Origin: Candidatus Binatia bacterium
GTDB lineage: Bacteria; Desulfobacterota; Binatia; HRBIN30
Assembly (NCBI GenBank): GCA_038245295.1
Contig: JBBRSP010000004.1
Location: 256,001-320,000 of the forward strand
Reading direction: 5' to 3'
DNA: 64,000 nucleotides
This document shows positions 17,849 to 27,800 of the stretch, piece by piece. The translations under genes and the position numbers were made by a program. Within the stretch, counting starts at the first letter, position 1; every line of letters starts with the position of its first letter. The notes under the pieces are model-generated. The model ran no database searches. It saw nothing but the letters and a program-made list of their open reading frames with translations, and was not told the origin of the DNA.

Positions 17849-18919
17849 TTAGCGGTCGGTGTCCGGCAAATGCTCCGCTCGTCGCCTTTCCACGCGGGCG
17901 CGCCACCGCAAGGCCGGCGTTTCGATGAGGTAGTACGACGCCAGCGCGCACCCTACGGCCAACCCCAGGTTCACCGGAAAATGACAGGCGAACGACGTGG
18001 ACGCTGGGTTCAAGAAAGGCTGTTGCCACAGATACAACGAGTAACTCAACGTTCCCACGAACACGACTGGGCGCGCGTTCAACAGCGGTGCTGGTCCCTG
18101 GCTTGGGAAGCGAACGACGCGTTCGATTAGGGTTAGGATGCCCACGTTGCTGATCGTTTGCCCAAGTAACGAGTCCACCTTCGCCGACGGAAAGAACGCC
18201 ATCGCCAACCCGAACGCCGGCGCCAGCCATACCCACGGGCCTTTCACGAAGGAGATCCAGCGGGGCGACAGGGTCCACGCCTCACGATGCCACGCCAGCA
18301 GACATCCGGTGGCAATCGCGTCGGCGACCGTCGGGAACGTTTCGCCGATTCCCGGACGAAAACTGGGCGCGGCCACCAACAGCCCGAGACGCAGCAACGG
18401 ACTTGCGACGACGGTTACCAGCGCGGCCTTCGCCGCCCCACGCGGGCCCAGAAACTTCACGAGGAACGGCCACAGCAAATAGAACTGCTCTTCCACGGCC
18501 ACCGACCAGGCATGGCCGAGATACCAAGACCGATCGTGGTGGTAGTTGGTCGTGTACGTGATGGCGGCCAAGATGTCGTAGCGGTTCAGCTTCACCCAAC
18601 CCAGCATCCCCGCGATCGCCATGATGCCCACGAACACATAGAACGCGGGAAAGATTCGCATCGTTCGTCGGAAGTAAAACCGGGTGAGCGAAATGGTGTT
18701 GGTTCGTTTTTCCTCGGCCAGCAGCAAGCTGGTGATCAAGAAGCCCGAGATCACGAAGAACACGCGGACGCCGAATCCAGCCAGCGGCCCGGTCAGACCC
18801 TGGGACATGTGCGGGAAGCCCGCGGTACCCGATAGGTGGGCGAACAGCACAAAGGCAATCGAGAGCGCTCGCAGACCATCCAACGAAGGGATGCGAGAGA
18901 AAGAGCCCGTGCGTCTCAT
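17849..18919 (-). CDS. Acyltransferase-3 (OafA-like O-acyltransferase)
   Basis: SLDGLRALSI, GVRVFFVISGFLIT, RRTMRIFP, HAWSVAVEEQFYLLWP, GTLSYSLYLWQ. Confidence 0.93.
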   Translation of the reverse strand: MRRTGSFSRIPSLDGLRALSIAFVLFAHLSGTAGFPHMSQGLTGPLAGFGVRVFFVISGFLITSLLLAEEKRTNTISLTRFYFRRTMRIFPAFYVFVGIMAIAGMLGWVKLNRYDILAAITYTTNYHHDRSWYLGHAWSVAVEEQFYLLWPFLVKFLGPRGAAKAALVTVVASPLLRLGLLVAAPSFRPGIGETFPTVADAIATGCLLAWHREAWTLSPRWISFVKGPWVWLAPAFGLAMAFFPSAKVDSLLGQTISNVGILTLIERVVRFPSQGPAPLLNARPVVFVGTLSYSLYLWQQPFLNPASTSFACHFPVNLGLAVGCALASYYLIETPALRWRARVERRRAEHLPDTDR

Positions 18920-19093
18920 GCGGGGGGATTGCTAACACGCCTGTTGGCGCGAAACCGGCGAAATCTAAAACGAACGCGCCGCACTTTGTTTTATTCGAGG
19001 TCACGAAAGCAAACTTTGAAGGATTCTTGAAGAATTCCTACAGGTCACGAACGGTACCAGTGATCTATATGCCCCGGTGTGGAGGGCTCGCCT

Positions 19094-19963
19094 ATGAAGC
19101 GATTGGTACTGGTGGTTGGAATCATCCTTGGGACGTGCATCTCAGCGGCAGTGGTCAATGCCGAACCGGTTGCGTGTTTGGCGGGGGCTCCGGAAGCATC
19201 TGGGGATGCCGCCAACCTGGCGGCCGTGAGCTCCAGCATTACGACGCAGTGCCCCTGCGCCAGCTTTGACGGCACACAACACCGCGGACACCGCGCCTAC
19301 GTCTCCTGCGTCACGGGCGTGGTGCGCCAGGCACTCCGCGACAAGACGTTGCGTTCCCCGTGTCGGCGGGCGGCGATCTACGCCTCTGGCCAATCCACCT
19401 GCGGCTATCCTTCCAGTCAGGGTCGGCGGCCATGCATCCACACGAATTCCCGGGGCAAGATCAGCTGTCGCGTTCGGCCTGAGAAGTCCTGTCGCGGCGA
19501 CCGTAATGCTTTCTGCGGCGCCCGTAGCGCCTGTCTCAATGCCGCCGATACCGACCTCGATGGTCTTTTGACCCCCGCCGATAGCGGCGCCTGCAAGCCG
19601 CAGAACTGTGCGGCGCAGATGACGCAGTGGCAAGCTCGTAAGGTCAATTGGCAGGAAGACTGCTTTGATCAATGCACAAATCCGAGCACCATTGAGGAAT
19701 GCAGCATCGGATGCACCATCGGCGGCGTTACGCTGGATCCGATTTTCCAATCAGAAGATGCTGTTTGTAGGTCCAACCCCCTGACTACCTGTGAGGAGTT
19801 GCATACGGGGATGTTGGAGTGGTGCACCGCTCACCCAGAGCCGGCGCAGATATGTCTCGACGGCTGCACCGCCGACGCAATCTGTGAGACCCGGTGTTTG
19901 GAAGTCTACAACTGCGAGCGAGCCGCTCTCGAGTCGTACCAATACTGCGTGCGGACGTACTAA
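19094..19963 (+). CDS. Secreted Cys-rich hypothetical protein
   Basis: GGAGG RBS, signal peptide MKRLVLVVGIIL, many Cys, CPC...HRAYVSCV...STCG module and a DTDLDGLLT EF-hand-like loop. Confidence 0.75.
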   Translation: MKRLVLVVGIILGTCISAAVVNAEPVACLAGAPEASGDAANLAAVSSSITTQCPCASFDGTQHRGHRAYVSCVTGVVRQALRDKTLRSPCRRAAIYASGQSTCGYPSSQGRRPCIHTNSRGKISCRVRPEKSCRGDRNAFCGARSACLNAADTDLDGLLTPADSGACKPQNCAAQMTQWQARKVNWQEDCFDQCTNPSTIEECSIGCTIGGVTLDPIFQSEDAVCRSNPLTTCEELHTGMLEWCTAHPEPAQICLDGCTADAICETRCLEVYNCERAALESYQYCVRTY

Positions 19964-20045
19964 GCAGGGCGGCGTAGAACGAGTCGATTTGGGGACTAAA
20001 TTCGTATTACTTACGTTCGAATTCGTCGCAGGACGCGCAATTTAA

Positions 20046-20124
20046 CAGGATGAGCAGGATACACAGGATGACCACGACAAGAACGTGTTCCCTGTTCCAT
20101 CCTGTTTATCCTGTCCATCCTGTT
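20046..20124. repeat. 9-mer inverted tandem repeat (ACAGGATNN/NNATCCTGT)
   Basis: ACAGGATGAGCAGGATACACAGGATG ... CATCCTGTTTATCCTGTCCATCCTGT. Confidence 0.7.
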
Positions 20125-20258
20125 GAATTCGTTCTGCGGGGTGTGGGGTTGGGTTGCGGGCAAAGCCCGCGTTGTGTCCTTCGTGGTGCACCTGCCATCT
20201 GTCCCAAATCCTCATTGCGTTTTTGACCGCCGCCGCGCGCACTGGTAGGTTCGTGGCT

Positions 20259-20516
20259 ATGGAGATTGTGCTTACGGCAGAGCTCGAAGAGCTGGTCGAG
20301 GAAAAGCTTGCATCCGGGCAATACCCGACGCGCGCCGACGTGCTGCGTGCGGCGCTCCATCTTCTCGATGAGAGAGACCGCATATATCGCGCCCGTATCG
20401 ACGGCCTGCGAACCGAGATCGAGAAGGGTACCGCCAGCGGCGCCCCGATCCGGGCGGCAACGGTGCTTGCCGCCCTCCATGCTAAGGGCAAAGCCCGTGC
20501 GATCCCCGTGAAATGA
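20259..20516 (+). CDS. parD: ParD-like antitoxin (RHH/CopG family)
   Basis: MEIVLTAELEELVEEKLASGQYPTRADVLRAALHLL...LRTEIEKG..SG. Confidence 0.85.
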   Translation: MEIVLTAELEELVEEKLASGQYPTRADVLRAALHLLDERDRIYRARIDGLRTEIEKGTASGAPIRAATVLAALHAKGKARAIPVK

Positions 20517-20680
20517 ATCGCCTGCAGTTCCGTCCGGCCGCCACTGATGACCTCGAAGCCATCTGGGATTACGTCGCCGAGCGCGACGCCGCGGCTGCCG
20601 AGCACCTCATCTCCTCGATTTGGGAGACCTGCACGCTGCTCGCCCGCTCTCCGTTGATCGGACGCGACCGACTAGGGTAA
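20513..20680 (+). pseudogene. parE: Truncated ParE toxin (55 aa, N-terminal half)
   Basis: ATGA overlap with parD; MNRLQFRPAATDDLEAIWDYVAERDAAAAEHLISSIWETCTLLARSPLIGRDRLG-TAA. Below the ORF track cutoff. Confidence 0.8.
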
Positions 20681-20766
20681 AGGGTCCTGCCCCCATTTTC
20701 GCTGGTCCGATGCTTGGTCGGCGACACCACTCCCTCGGCCTGAGCCTACAGCCCTGCCCGCGACCG

Positions 20767-21987
20767 CTATTCCGACGCCAACTGGATGCAGACCGCGACA
20801 ACCTCCATCGCCTGGCGGACCTGGTCGATCGGCGGACGCGTCGGCGACAGGCGAATGTTGCGGTCCTTCGGATCCTTGCCGAATGGATAGGTCGCGCCCG
20901 CCGGGGTCAGCGCAACGCCGGCTTCCTTGGCGAGTTGGACGACTTTGCTGGCGATGGGCTTGGCCGTGTCTAGGCTGACGAAGTAGCCACCCTTCGGTTT
21001 CGTCCAGCTGGCCAGTCCCTTGCCGGCTAGTTCTCGCGACAGGACTTCTTCCACCGCCGCAAACTTCGGGGCCAGGAGTTTGGCGTGGGCCTTCATCAGG
21101 CCGGTGATGCCGCCAGGATAACGCGACAGGAAAAGTACGTGGCGGTACTGCTCGACCTTGTTGGGTGTGATCATTTGCGTGCCCATCCGCTCGCTGATCC
21201 AGGCGATGGTTTCCTTGCTGCCGCCAAGGAAGCTGATGCCGGCGCCGGCGAAGGTCATCTTGGACGTCGACCCGAACAGGATGACGCGTGTCGGATGTCC
21301 CGCCTTCTTGGCCGCGCCGAGCAGATCGGGATGCGCGGGCGGCGTGTCGTCGAGGTGGTGCACGGCGTACGCGTCGTCGGCGAAGATGGTGAAGTCAGGC
21401 GCGGCGGTCTTCATCGCACCCAGGCGGTCGGCCACCGACTGGGAGGTCGTCTCACCGGTCGGGTTGCTGTACGTCGGAACGTAGAGCAGCCCTTTGATAC
21501 TTGCGTCGCCGGCGACCAGCGTTTCGATGGCCGCGATGTCGGGGCCATCCGCCGTCATACCCACCGGGATCATGGTGATGCCGAGGCGTTCGAGCATGAG
21601 GAAGTGCCGGTCATAGCCAGGCACGGTGACGATGAACTTCACGTCGCCCTTGCACCACGGCGCCGCGCTTCCCGGCACGCCTTTGAGCATCGCCCACATC
21701 AGCACGGTGCCTTCCAGGGCGAGACTGGCGTTGTTGCCGACTATGATTTCGTCGGGCTGAATGCCAAGCATCGGCGCGAACAATTCACGCGCTTCCTTGA
21801 GGCCCGTAATGCCGCCGGGATAGTTTCTGAGCGCCACACCGCTGGTTGTGACCAGCGACTTGTCGTCGACAATGGTCAGCATCGGGTTGGATAGGTCGAA
21901 GTTGTCGTCGCCGGGCTGACCGCGAGTCAGATCCAGTTTCAAGCCCAGGCCGCACAGGGCATCGTAGCGTTCGCGTGAGGTGCTCAT
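20767..21987 (-). CDS. PLP-dependent aminotransferase class I/II (Rv3722c-like)
   Basis: LDLTRGQP, PGYDRHF, VPTYSNPTG, DDAYAVHH, STSKMTFAG, GGYF, RNIRLSPT. Confidence 0.9.
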   Translation of the reverse strand: MSTSRERYDALCGLGLKLDLTRGQPGDDNFDLSNPMLTIVDDKSLVTTSGVALRNYPGGITGLKEARELFAPMLGIQPDEIIVGNNASLALEGTVLMWAMLKGVPGSAAPWCKGDVKFIVTVPGYDRHFLMLERLGITMIPVGMTADGPDIAAIETLVAGDASIKGLLYVPTYSNPTGETTSQSVADRLGAMKTAAPDFTIFADDAYAVHHLDDTPPAHPDLLGAAKKAGHPTRVILFGSTSKMTFAGAGISFLGGSKETIAWISERMGTQMITPNKVEQYRHVLFLSRYPGGITGLMKAHAKLLAPKFAAVEEVLSRELAGKGLASWTKPKGGYFVSLDTAKPIASKVVQLAKEAGVALTPAGATYPFGKDPKDRNIRLSPTRPPIDQVRQAMEVVAVCIQLASE

Positions 21988-22040
21988 GGCTTCCTTGATT
22001 CGCCATATCGCAGGGAAAAATCCAGGGGCCAGCCTACGCA

Positions 22041-22120
22041 CCGCAGGCTGAAGCCTGCGCCTACCACGCTGAAACACGCAGGCGGAGCGGAAACGGGTAG
22101 GCGCAGGCTTCAGCCTGCGG
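22041..22120. repeat. GTAG-type REP doublet (REPIN-like)
   Basis: CCGCAGGCTGAAGCCTGCGCCTACC (22041-22065) and its inverse (22096-22120). Confidence 0.85.
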
Positions 22121-22125
22121 CGTTC

Positions 22126-24744
22126 TCAGGCGGCGTCGCTAGCCGGCGTCGGAATTTCGAGAAAGCGCCGCAGAGCACCAGCAATCTCTTGTCTCGCGCC
22201 GTTGGCCGATAGGATCACGTCCACCGCGGGAATGGCCGTGTGGATCTGGCCGCGGCAGAACAGCTGGCGCACGTCGCACCCCGCCTTCTTCAGCGCCGCC
22301 GCATACGCCGCGCCTTCATCGCGTAGTGGGTCGAACTCACAGGTCACGACCAACGCCGGCGGAAGCTTGGACAAATCGGTGGCGCGCAGCGGCGAGGCCT
22401 TGGGCTGCTGGCGCTGCTGCGGGTCGGCATAGTGATTCCAGAACCACCGCATCAACGATGTGGTCAGCCCATAGCCGTCGCCGTTCTCGGCATAGGACGC
22501 ACGTTCGAAGTCGCAATCGGTCACCGGCGTTATCAACACTTGCCCGGCGATCACCGGCCCACCGGCGTCGCGCGCCATCTGGCAGACGACCGCGGCGATG
22601 TTGCCGCCTGCACTCCAACCGCACAGCGCCAGCGGCCCCGGCTGCCCGCCCAACTCTTCGGCATGCTCGGCGATCCAGCGCACCGCCGCGAATCCGTCGT
22701 CGATCGCGGCGGGGAAACGCGACTCGGGCGCGTGGCGGTAATTGACGGAAACCACCGTCGCCCCCGAATGGGCACACAGGTAGCGACAGAACGGATCGTC
22801 GGAATCGTGTCCGCCAAGCACCCAACCGCCACCGTGGAAGTACACGACAATCGGCGACCGCCCTGCCGCCGTCGGCCGGTAAACGCGATACGACAGTGAC
22901 CCGGCGGCACCAGGCAACATGCCGTCGGCGATCGCACCGACCTTCGGACCCGGCGGCTGCTGCGCCGCCATCGTCACCATGAGCCCACGCGCGTCCTCGA
23001 CCGACAACGTATCGAGCGCCGGCACCTTGAGCTCCTGCATCACCTCGAGCAGGATCTCCGCGTCGGGCTGCAAACGTCGAATCACTCCGTCGTGGCATTG
23101 CGCTCCGCCGGGACCGCTGAGGGCGAATCCGAGATAGTCGCGGCGCACCACTTCGTCACACGTCAGGCGATAACGATCGACGCCACCAATGTACGGCAGG
23201 AACACGCGCGCCTTGCCGGGAACATTGGCGCCCATGTACCAGGAGTTGGCGCGCGGGAATAAGGAGATCTCGCCAAAGTCGTTCACATGCTGCACCCAGG
23301 CCGCTTCGGCGCTCGACGTCGGCTCGATCGTTGTCCATCGATGCTCGCGCATGTGCGCCAGACAGGCGCCAATCCAATCGACGTGCTGCTCGATCGACAC
23401 CACCATGTTCGACAGGACCGAGGGGCTGCCGGGACCAGTGATGGTGAAGAAATTTGGAAAGTCGTGGATCATCAGGCCAAGATAGGTCTTCGGGCCGTCT
23501 TTCCATTTGGTGGCTAGCGACAAACCGTTGCGACCTTCGACATCGACGGCGACGATGGCGCCGGTCATCGCGTCGAACCCGGTGGCGAAGACGATCACGT
23601 CGAACTCGAACGAACGCGACGCGGTCTCGACGCCCGTCTCGGTGATCGTGCGGATCGGGTCTTGGCGCAGATCGATGAGATGAACGTTCGGCAGGTTGAA
23701 CGTCTCGAAGTACTTCGTATCGATGCACGGCCGTTTGGTGCCGTAGTAATGGTTGGTCGGACACAACGTCTCGGCGGTTTGCGGGTCGCGCACGATCGAG
23801 CGGATCTTGCCGCGCAGGAACTCGCAGACGGTGTCGTTGGCTTCGGGGTTGGACAAGATGTCCGCATAGGCGTTGCCGAAGGCGAGAAGATCGCCCGACT
23901 CGTACGCCGCCTCGTACTTCGCGCGCCGCTCATCCTCCGGAACCTGCATCACGCGCAACATCGGAATCTCGCGCGGAACCCCGGCATTCGACATCCGGCC
24001 CGCTTGGCGGTAGGCGCGCGGATCGCTGTCGAACGCCGTCTTCTTCGCCGCCGATACCGGGCCGTTCTTGGCCGGCCGCGAGAAGTTGGGCGTGCGTTGG
24101 AACACCGTCAGCTCGGCGGCCTGCTGCGCGATGATCGGAATCGATTGAACGCCCGAGGAGCCGGTGCCGATGACGGCGACGCGTTTCCCGGAGAAATCGA
24201 CACCCTGATGCGGCCAGCGGCCGGTGTAGTACGAATCCCCCCGAAAGCGCTCGGCGCCGGGGATGTCCGGCGTTTTCGGCACCGACAGACAGCCGGTGGC
24301 CATGACGTAGTAGCGACAGCGCAGGTCATCGCCACGGCTCGTGTGCAGGCGCCAAAGCGCCGCGTCGTTGTCCCAGCGCGCCGACTCGACGCGTGTCGAG
24401 AAGCGGATGTCGCGCCGCAGATCGTGTTTGTCGGCGACGTGGCCGAGGTAGCGGAGAATTTCCGGTTGCGTCGCGTAGCGCTCCGACCACTGCCATTCTT
24501 TTTCCAGCTCCGCATCGAAGCTGTACGAGTAGTCGATACTCTCGATGTCGCAGCGAGCGCCGGGATAGCGGTTCCAGTACCAGGTGCCGCCGACGTCGTC
24601 GGCGCTCTCGAGCACCGTGGCCGTGAATCCCAGGGCGCGTAGGCGGTAGAGCATGTAAAGACCGGCGAAGCCGGCGCCGACTACGACGACGTCGAAGTCG
24701 GTGGCCTCATGCGAACTCTGTATCGATTCATCCGTTGCCGTCAT
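22126..24744 (-). CDS. Type I Baeyer-Villiger monooxygenase fused to an HSL-family esterase/lactonase
   Basis: [33 protein letters not shown] (fingerprint variant), GTGSSG, ATGF; then [20 protein letters not shown] and GQIH. Confidence 0.92.
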   Translation of the reverse strand: MTATDESIQSSHEATDFDVVVVGAGFAGLYMLYRLRALGFTATVLESADDVGGTWYWNRYPGARCDIESIDYSYSFDAELEKEWQWSERYATQPEILRYLGHVADKHDLRRDIRFSTRVESARWDNDAALWRLHTSRGDDLRCRYYVMATGCLSVPKTPDIPGAERFRGDSYYTGRWPHQGVDFSGKRVAVIGTGSSGVQSIPIIAQQAAELTVFQRTPNFSRPAKNGPVSAAKKTAFDSDPRAYRQAGRMSNAGVPREIPMLRVMQVPEDERRAKYEAAYESGDLLAFGNAYADILSNPEANDTVCEFLRGKIRSIVRDPQTAETLCPTNHYYGTKRPCIDTKYFETFNLPNVHLIDLRQDPIRTITETGVETASRSFEFDVIVFATGFDAMTGAIVAVDVEGRNGLSLATKWKDGPKTYLGLMIHDFPNFFTITGPGSPSVLSNMVVSIEQHVDWIGACLAHMREHRWTTIEPTSSAEAAWVQHVNDFGEISLFPRANSWYMGANVPGKARVFLPYIGGVDRYRLTCDEVVRRDYLGFALSGPGGAQCHDGVIRRLQPDAEILLEVMQELKVPALDTLSVEDARGLMVTMAAQQPPGPKVGAIADGMLPGAAGSLSYRVYRPTAAGRSPIVVYFHGGGWVLGGHDSDDPFCRYLCAHSGATVVSVNYRHAPESRFPAAIDDGFAAVRWIAEHAEELGGQPGPLALCGWSAGGNIAAVVCQMARDAGGPVIAGQVLITPVTDCDFERASYAENGDGYGLTTSLMRWFWNHYADPQQRQQPKASPLRATDLSKLPPALVVTCEFDPLRDEGAAYAAALKKAGCDVRQLFCRGQIHTAIPAVDVILSANGARQEIAGALRRFLEIPTPASDAA

Positions 24745-24804
24745 GTCGATTCTCCGTGAGTTGCTGATTGTACTGTTCTGCTCATAAATCAACCTGGGCA
24801 GCGG

Positions 24805-24863
24805 CCGCAGGCTAAAGCCTGCGCCTACCGCTTCGAACCCGCGGGCTAAAGCCTGCGCCTACC
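24805..24863. repeat. Two direct GTAG-type REP copies
   Basis: CCGCRGGCTAAAGCCTGCGCCTACC at 24805-24829 and 24839-24863. Confidence 0.85.
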
Positions 24864-24975
24864 GTCATTCAGGCGAACGCCGGAATCTCGCCGGCCTTCC
24901 CATTACCGGAACCGGCCGATTCTATCCGCAGGGATATTGAATTTGCTACCGCGATCATGGGACTACAGACGTCCG

Positions 24976-26592
24976 ATGGAATTCAACTTAGCGGATCTAT
25001 TCGAGCAGGCGGTCGACCACTTCGGCGACCGCGAGTATCTGGTCTGTGACGGCAAGCGCCGCACCTATCGCGAAATGGAGGAACGCGCCAATCGCTTGGC
25101 CCACTTCCTGGCGGCGAAGGGAATTGGCCCCGGCGATCACGTCGGCATCTATGCCCTCAACAGCGTTGAATGGGTTGAGACACTGTGGGCGGTCTTCAAG
25201 ATCCGCGCCGTGTGGATCAACATCAATTACCGCTACGTTGAGCACGAGCTCGAGTATCTGTTCTCGAACGCCGACCTGAAGGCGCTGGTCTACCAGCGCA
25301 CCTACGCGCCGCGCGTCGCGGGCGTACTCGGCGCGATGCCGATGTGCCGCGTGTCGTTGGTCATCGAGGACGGCAGCACGGAAGACTATTCCACCATCGG
25401 GTCGGTGCCCTACGAGGAAGCCCTGGCCTCGGCGTCGCCGGCTCGCGACTTCGCGCCGCGTTCGGGCGACGACCTCTATATCCTCTACACGGGTGGGACG
25501 ACGGGGATGCCCAAGGGCGTCGTATGGCGCCACGAGAATGTCTTCATGGCGCTCGGCGGCGGCATCGATCCGATGACCAGCGAGCGTGTTGCGCGGCCCG
25601 AAGACGTTGTCCAGAAGGGCAAGACGGGCATGGAGCTCGGCTTTCTGCCGATCGCGCCGCTCATGCACGGGGCGACGCAATGGGCCGTCATGGGCCAGAG
25701 CTTCATCGGCAACAAAATCGTTCTGATGGGCAAGTTCGAGGCGCAGGAAGTGTGGACACTTCTCGAACGCGAACGCGTCAACTCGGTAATGATCACCGGC
25801 GACGCCATGGGCCGGCCGCTCATCGAGGCGCTCAACGCGCCCGACGCCGCCTGGGACACCTCGTCGTTCTTTCTGCTTACCAGCAGCGCGGCGACGTTCT
25901 CGCCGATGGTGAAAGAGCAATTCCTGGCGCGCTTTCCCAACTTGATGATCCTCGACGCCGTGGGTTCGTCGGAGACCGGCAACGCCGGCATGACCATGGC
26001 GCAGGCCGGCCAGAGCCGTGCCGCGGAGGGTCCGACGATTCGCGCTCTCAAGCAAACGATCGTCCTCGACGAGGATGGCAACGCCGTGCAGCCGGGCTCC
26101 GGTGTGATCGGCAAGCTCGCGGCGTCTGGCGACATCCCGCTCGGCTATTACAAGGATCCGGTCAAGACGGCCGAGACCTTCGTCACCTTCGGCGGCGTGC
26201 GTTACGCCATCCCCGGCGACTTTGCCCTTGTCGAGGCCGACGGTCGCATCAGCGTGCTCGGGCGCGGCTCGGTGTCGATCAACTCCGGTGGCGAGAAAAT
26301 CTTCCCGGAGGAAGTCGAGATGGCGGTCAAATCGCATCCCGATATCTTCGATTGCACGGTCGTCGGGGTGCCCGACGAGCGCTGGGGCAACCGCGTCGTC
26401 GCCGTCGTGCAATTGCGGCCGGGAACGAATCCAACGCTGAAGTCGGTTCAGGACCACTGCCGCACCCTGATCGCCGGGTACAAATTGCCGCGCGACATCC
26501 ACGTCGTCGACGCCATCGTTCGCTCGCCGAGCGGCAAGCCCGATTACCGCTGGGCCAAGGCCTGCGCCACGGCCGCCGCCGAGAAGGCCTGA
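24976..26592 (+). CDS. Acyl-CoA synthetase (FadD19-like)
   Basis: FNLADLFE, ININYRYVEHEL, YTGGTTGMPKGVVWRH, GSSETG, GRGSVSINSGGEKIFPEEVE, RSPSGKPDY. Confidence 0.9.
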   Translation: MEFNLADLFEQAVDHFGDREYLVCDGKRRTYREMEERANRLAHFLAAKGIGPGDHVGIYALNSVEWVETLWAVFKIRAVWININYRYVEHELEYLFSNADLKALVYQRTYAPRVAGVLGAMPMCRVSLVIEDGSTEDYSTIGSVPYEEALASASPARDFAPRSGDDLYILYTGGTTGMPKGVVWRHENVFMALGGGIDPMTSERVARPEDVVQKGKTGMELGFLPIAPLMHGATQWAVMGQSFIGNKIVLMGKFEAQEVWTLLERERVNSVMITGDAMGRPLIEALNAPDAAWDTSSFFLLTSSAATFSPMVKEQFLARFPNLMILDAVGSSETGNAGMTMAQAGQSRAAEGPTIRALKQTIVLDEDGNAVQPGSGVIGKLAASGDIPLGYYKDPVKTAETFVTFGGVRYAIPGDFALVEADGRISVLGRGSVSINSGGEKIFPEEVEMAVKSHPDIFDCTVVGVPDERWGNRVVAVVQLRPGTNPTLKSVQDHCRTLIAGYKLPRDIHVVDAIVRSPSGKPDYRWAKACATAAAEKA

Positions 26593-26603
26593 GGAAAGCT
26601 CCG

Positions 26604-27773
26604 ATGCACCTGGCGTACACACTGGAACAGGAAGCTTTGAAGGGCGAACTGCGCGCCTACTTCAGCGCGTTGATGACGCCGGAAGTCGAGGCCGAAGTAG
26701 CGGTCGGCAACACCGGTGGGTCCCACTGTCTCGAAGCAGTACGAAAGATGGGGCGCGACGGCTGGCTCGGCATTGGTTGGCCGAAGGAATACGGCGGCCA
26801 GGGACGCGGCCTGGTCGATCAGTTTATTTTTTACGACGAGGCGTGGCGCGCCCTGGCGCCGATTCCGGCGCTGACGATCAATGCCATCGCGCAAACCATC
26901 ATGGCGTTCGGCAACGACGAACAGAAACAGTTCTTCCTGCCGCGCATCCTGCGCGGCGAGTTGCACTTCGCCGTGGGGTATACCGAGGCCAATGCCGGCA
27001 CCGATCTGGCGTCACTGCAGACGCGCGCCGTGCGCGACGGTGACGACTGGGTGATCAACGGCCAGAAACTCTACACGAGCTTGGCTGGTTATGCCGACTA
27101 CATCTGGCTTGCCGCGCGCACCGACCCCGAGGCGCCGAAACACCGCGGCATCACCATCTTCGCCGTGCCAACGACCGCAACGGGCTTTTCCTATTCGATG
27201 ATTCACACGTTGGTGAGCGCCGGAACCACGACGACGTATTACGACAATGTGCGCGTCCCCAACTCGGCGATCGTCGGTGGACTGCACAAGGGCTGGAAGC
27301 TGATCACCAACCAGCTCAACTACGAACGTGTGGCGATCTGCCCGCCCGGCATGGTCGAACAGGTGTACGAACAAACCGTGAGTTGGGCGCGGGAACATCG
27401 GCTCGCCGACGGTCGGCGCGTCATCGACCAGGAGTGGGTGCAACTCAACCTCGCCCGCGTCTACGCGCGGCTCGAATATCTGCGACTTCTGAATTGGAAG
27501 GCGGCCGCGGCCACCGACATGAATCCCGCCAATTCCAGCGCCACCAAGGTGTTCGGAACGGAATTCTTCTGCGAGGCGTATCGACTGCTGCTCGAGGTCT
27601 TCGGCCAGGCCGGCTACCTGCGCGGCAATTCCACGGGCGCGGTGCTGCGCGGCCGCATCGAACGCGCCTACCAGGGTACCCTGTTCCTGACGTTCGGCGG
27701 CGGCACGAATGAAATCCAGCGCGATCTGATCGCCCTGTTCGGCCTCGGCATGCCGCGGGTGCCGCGTTTCTGA
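26604..27773 (+). CDS. Acyl-CoA dehydrogenase, FadE26/ChsE4-like subunit
   Basis: AYTLEQEALKGELRAYFSALMTPE, GWPKEYGGQG, LHFAVGYTE..AGTDLA, QLNYERVA, TFGGGTNEIQR. The track ORF 25344 is an upstream overextension. Confidence 0.9.
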   Translation: MHLAYTLEQEALKGELRAYFSALMTPEVEAEVAVGNTGGSHCLEAVRKMGRDGWLGIGWPKEYGGQGRGLVDQFIFYDEAWRALAPIPALTINAIAQTIMAFGNDEQKQFFLPRILRGELHFAVGYTEANAGTDLASLQTRAVRDGDDWVINGQKLYTSLAGYADYIWLAARTDPEAPKHRGITIFAVPTTATGFSYSMIHTLVSAGTTTTYYDNVRVPNSAIVGGLHKGWKLITNQLNYERVAICPPGMVEQVYEQTVSWAREHRLADGRRVIDQEWVQLNLARVYARLEYLRLLNWKAAAATDMNPANSSATKVFGTEFFCEAYRLLLEVFGQAGYLRGNSTGAVLRGRIERAYQGTLFLTFGGGTNEIQRDLIALFGLGMPRVPRF

Positions 27774-27800
27774 TCCTTCCTCGCCGCGGAGATTACCAAC

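Noticed and set aside
25344..26603. 809-aa ORF suggesting an N-terminally extended acyl-CoA dehydrogenase
   Set aside because: The extension overlaps the CoA ligase in another frame and is Arg-rich nonsense; the real start is 26604 with an RBS.
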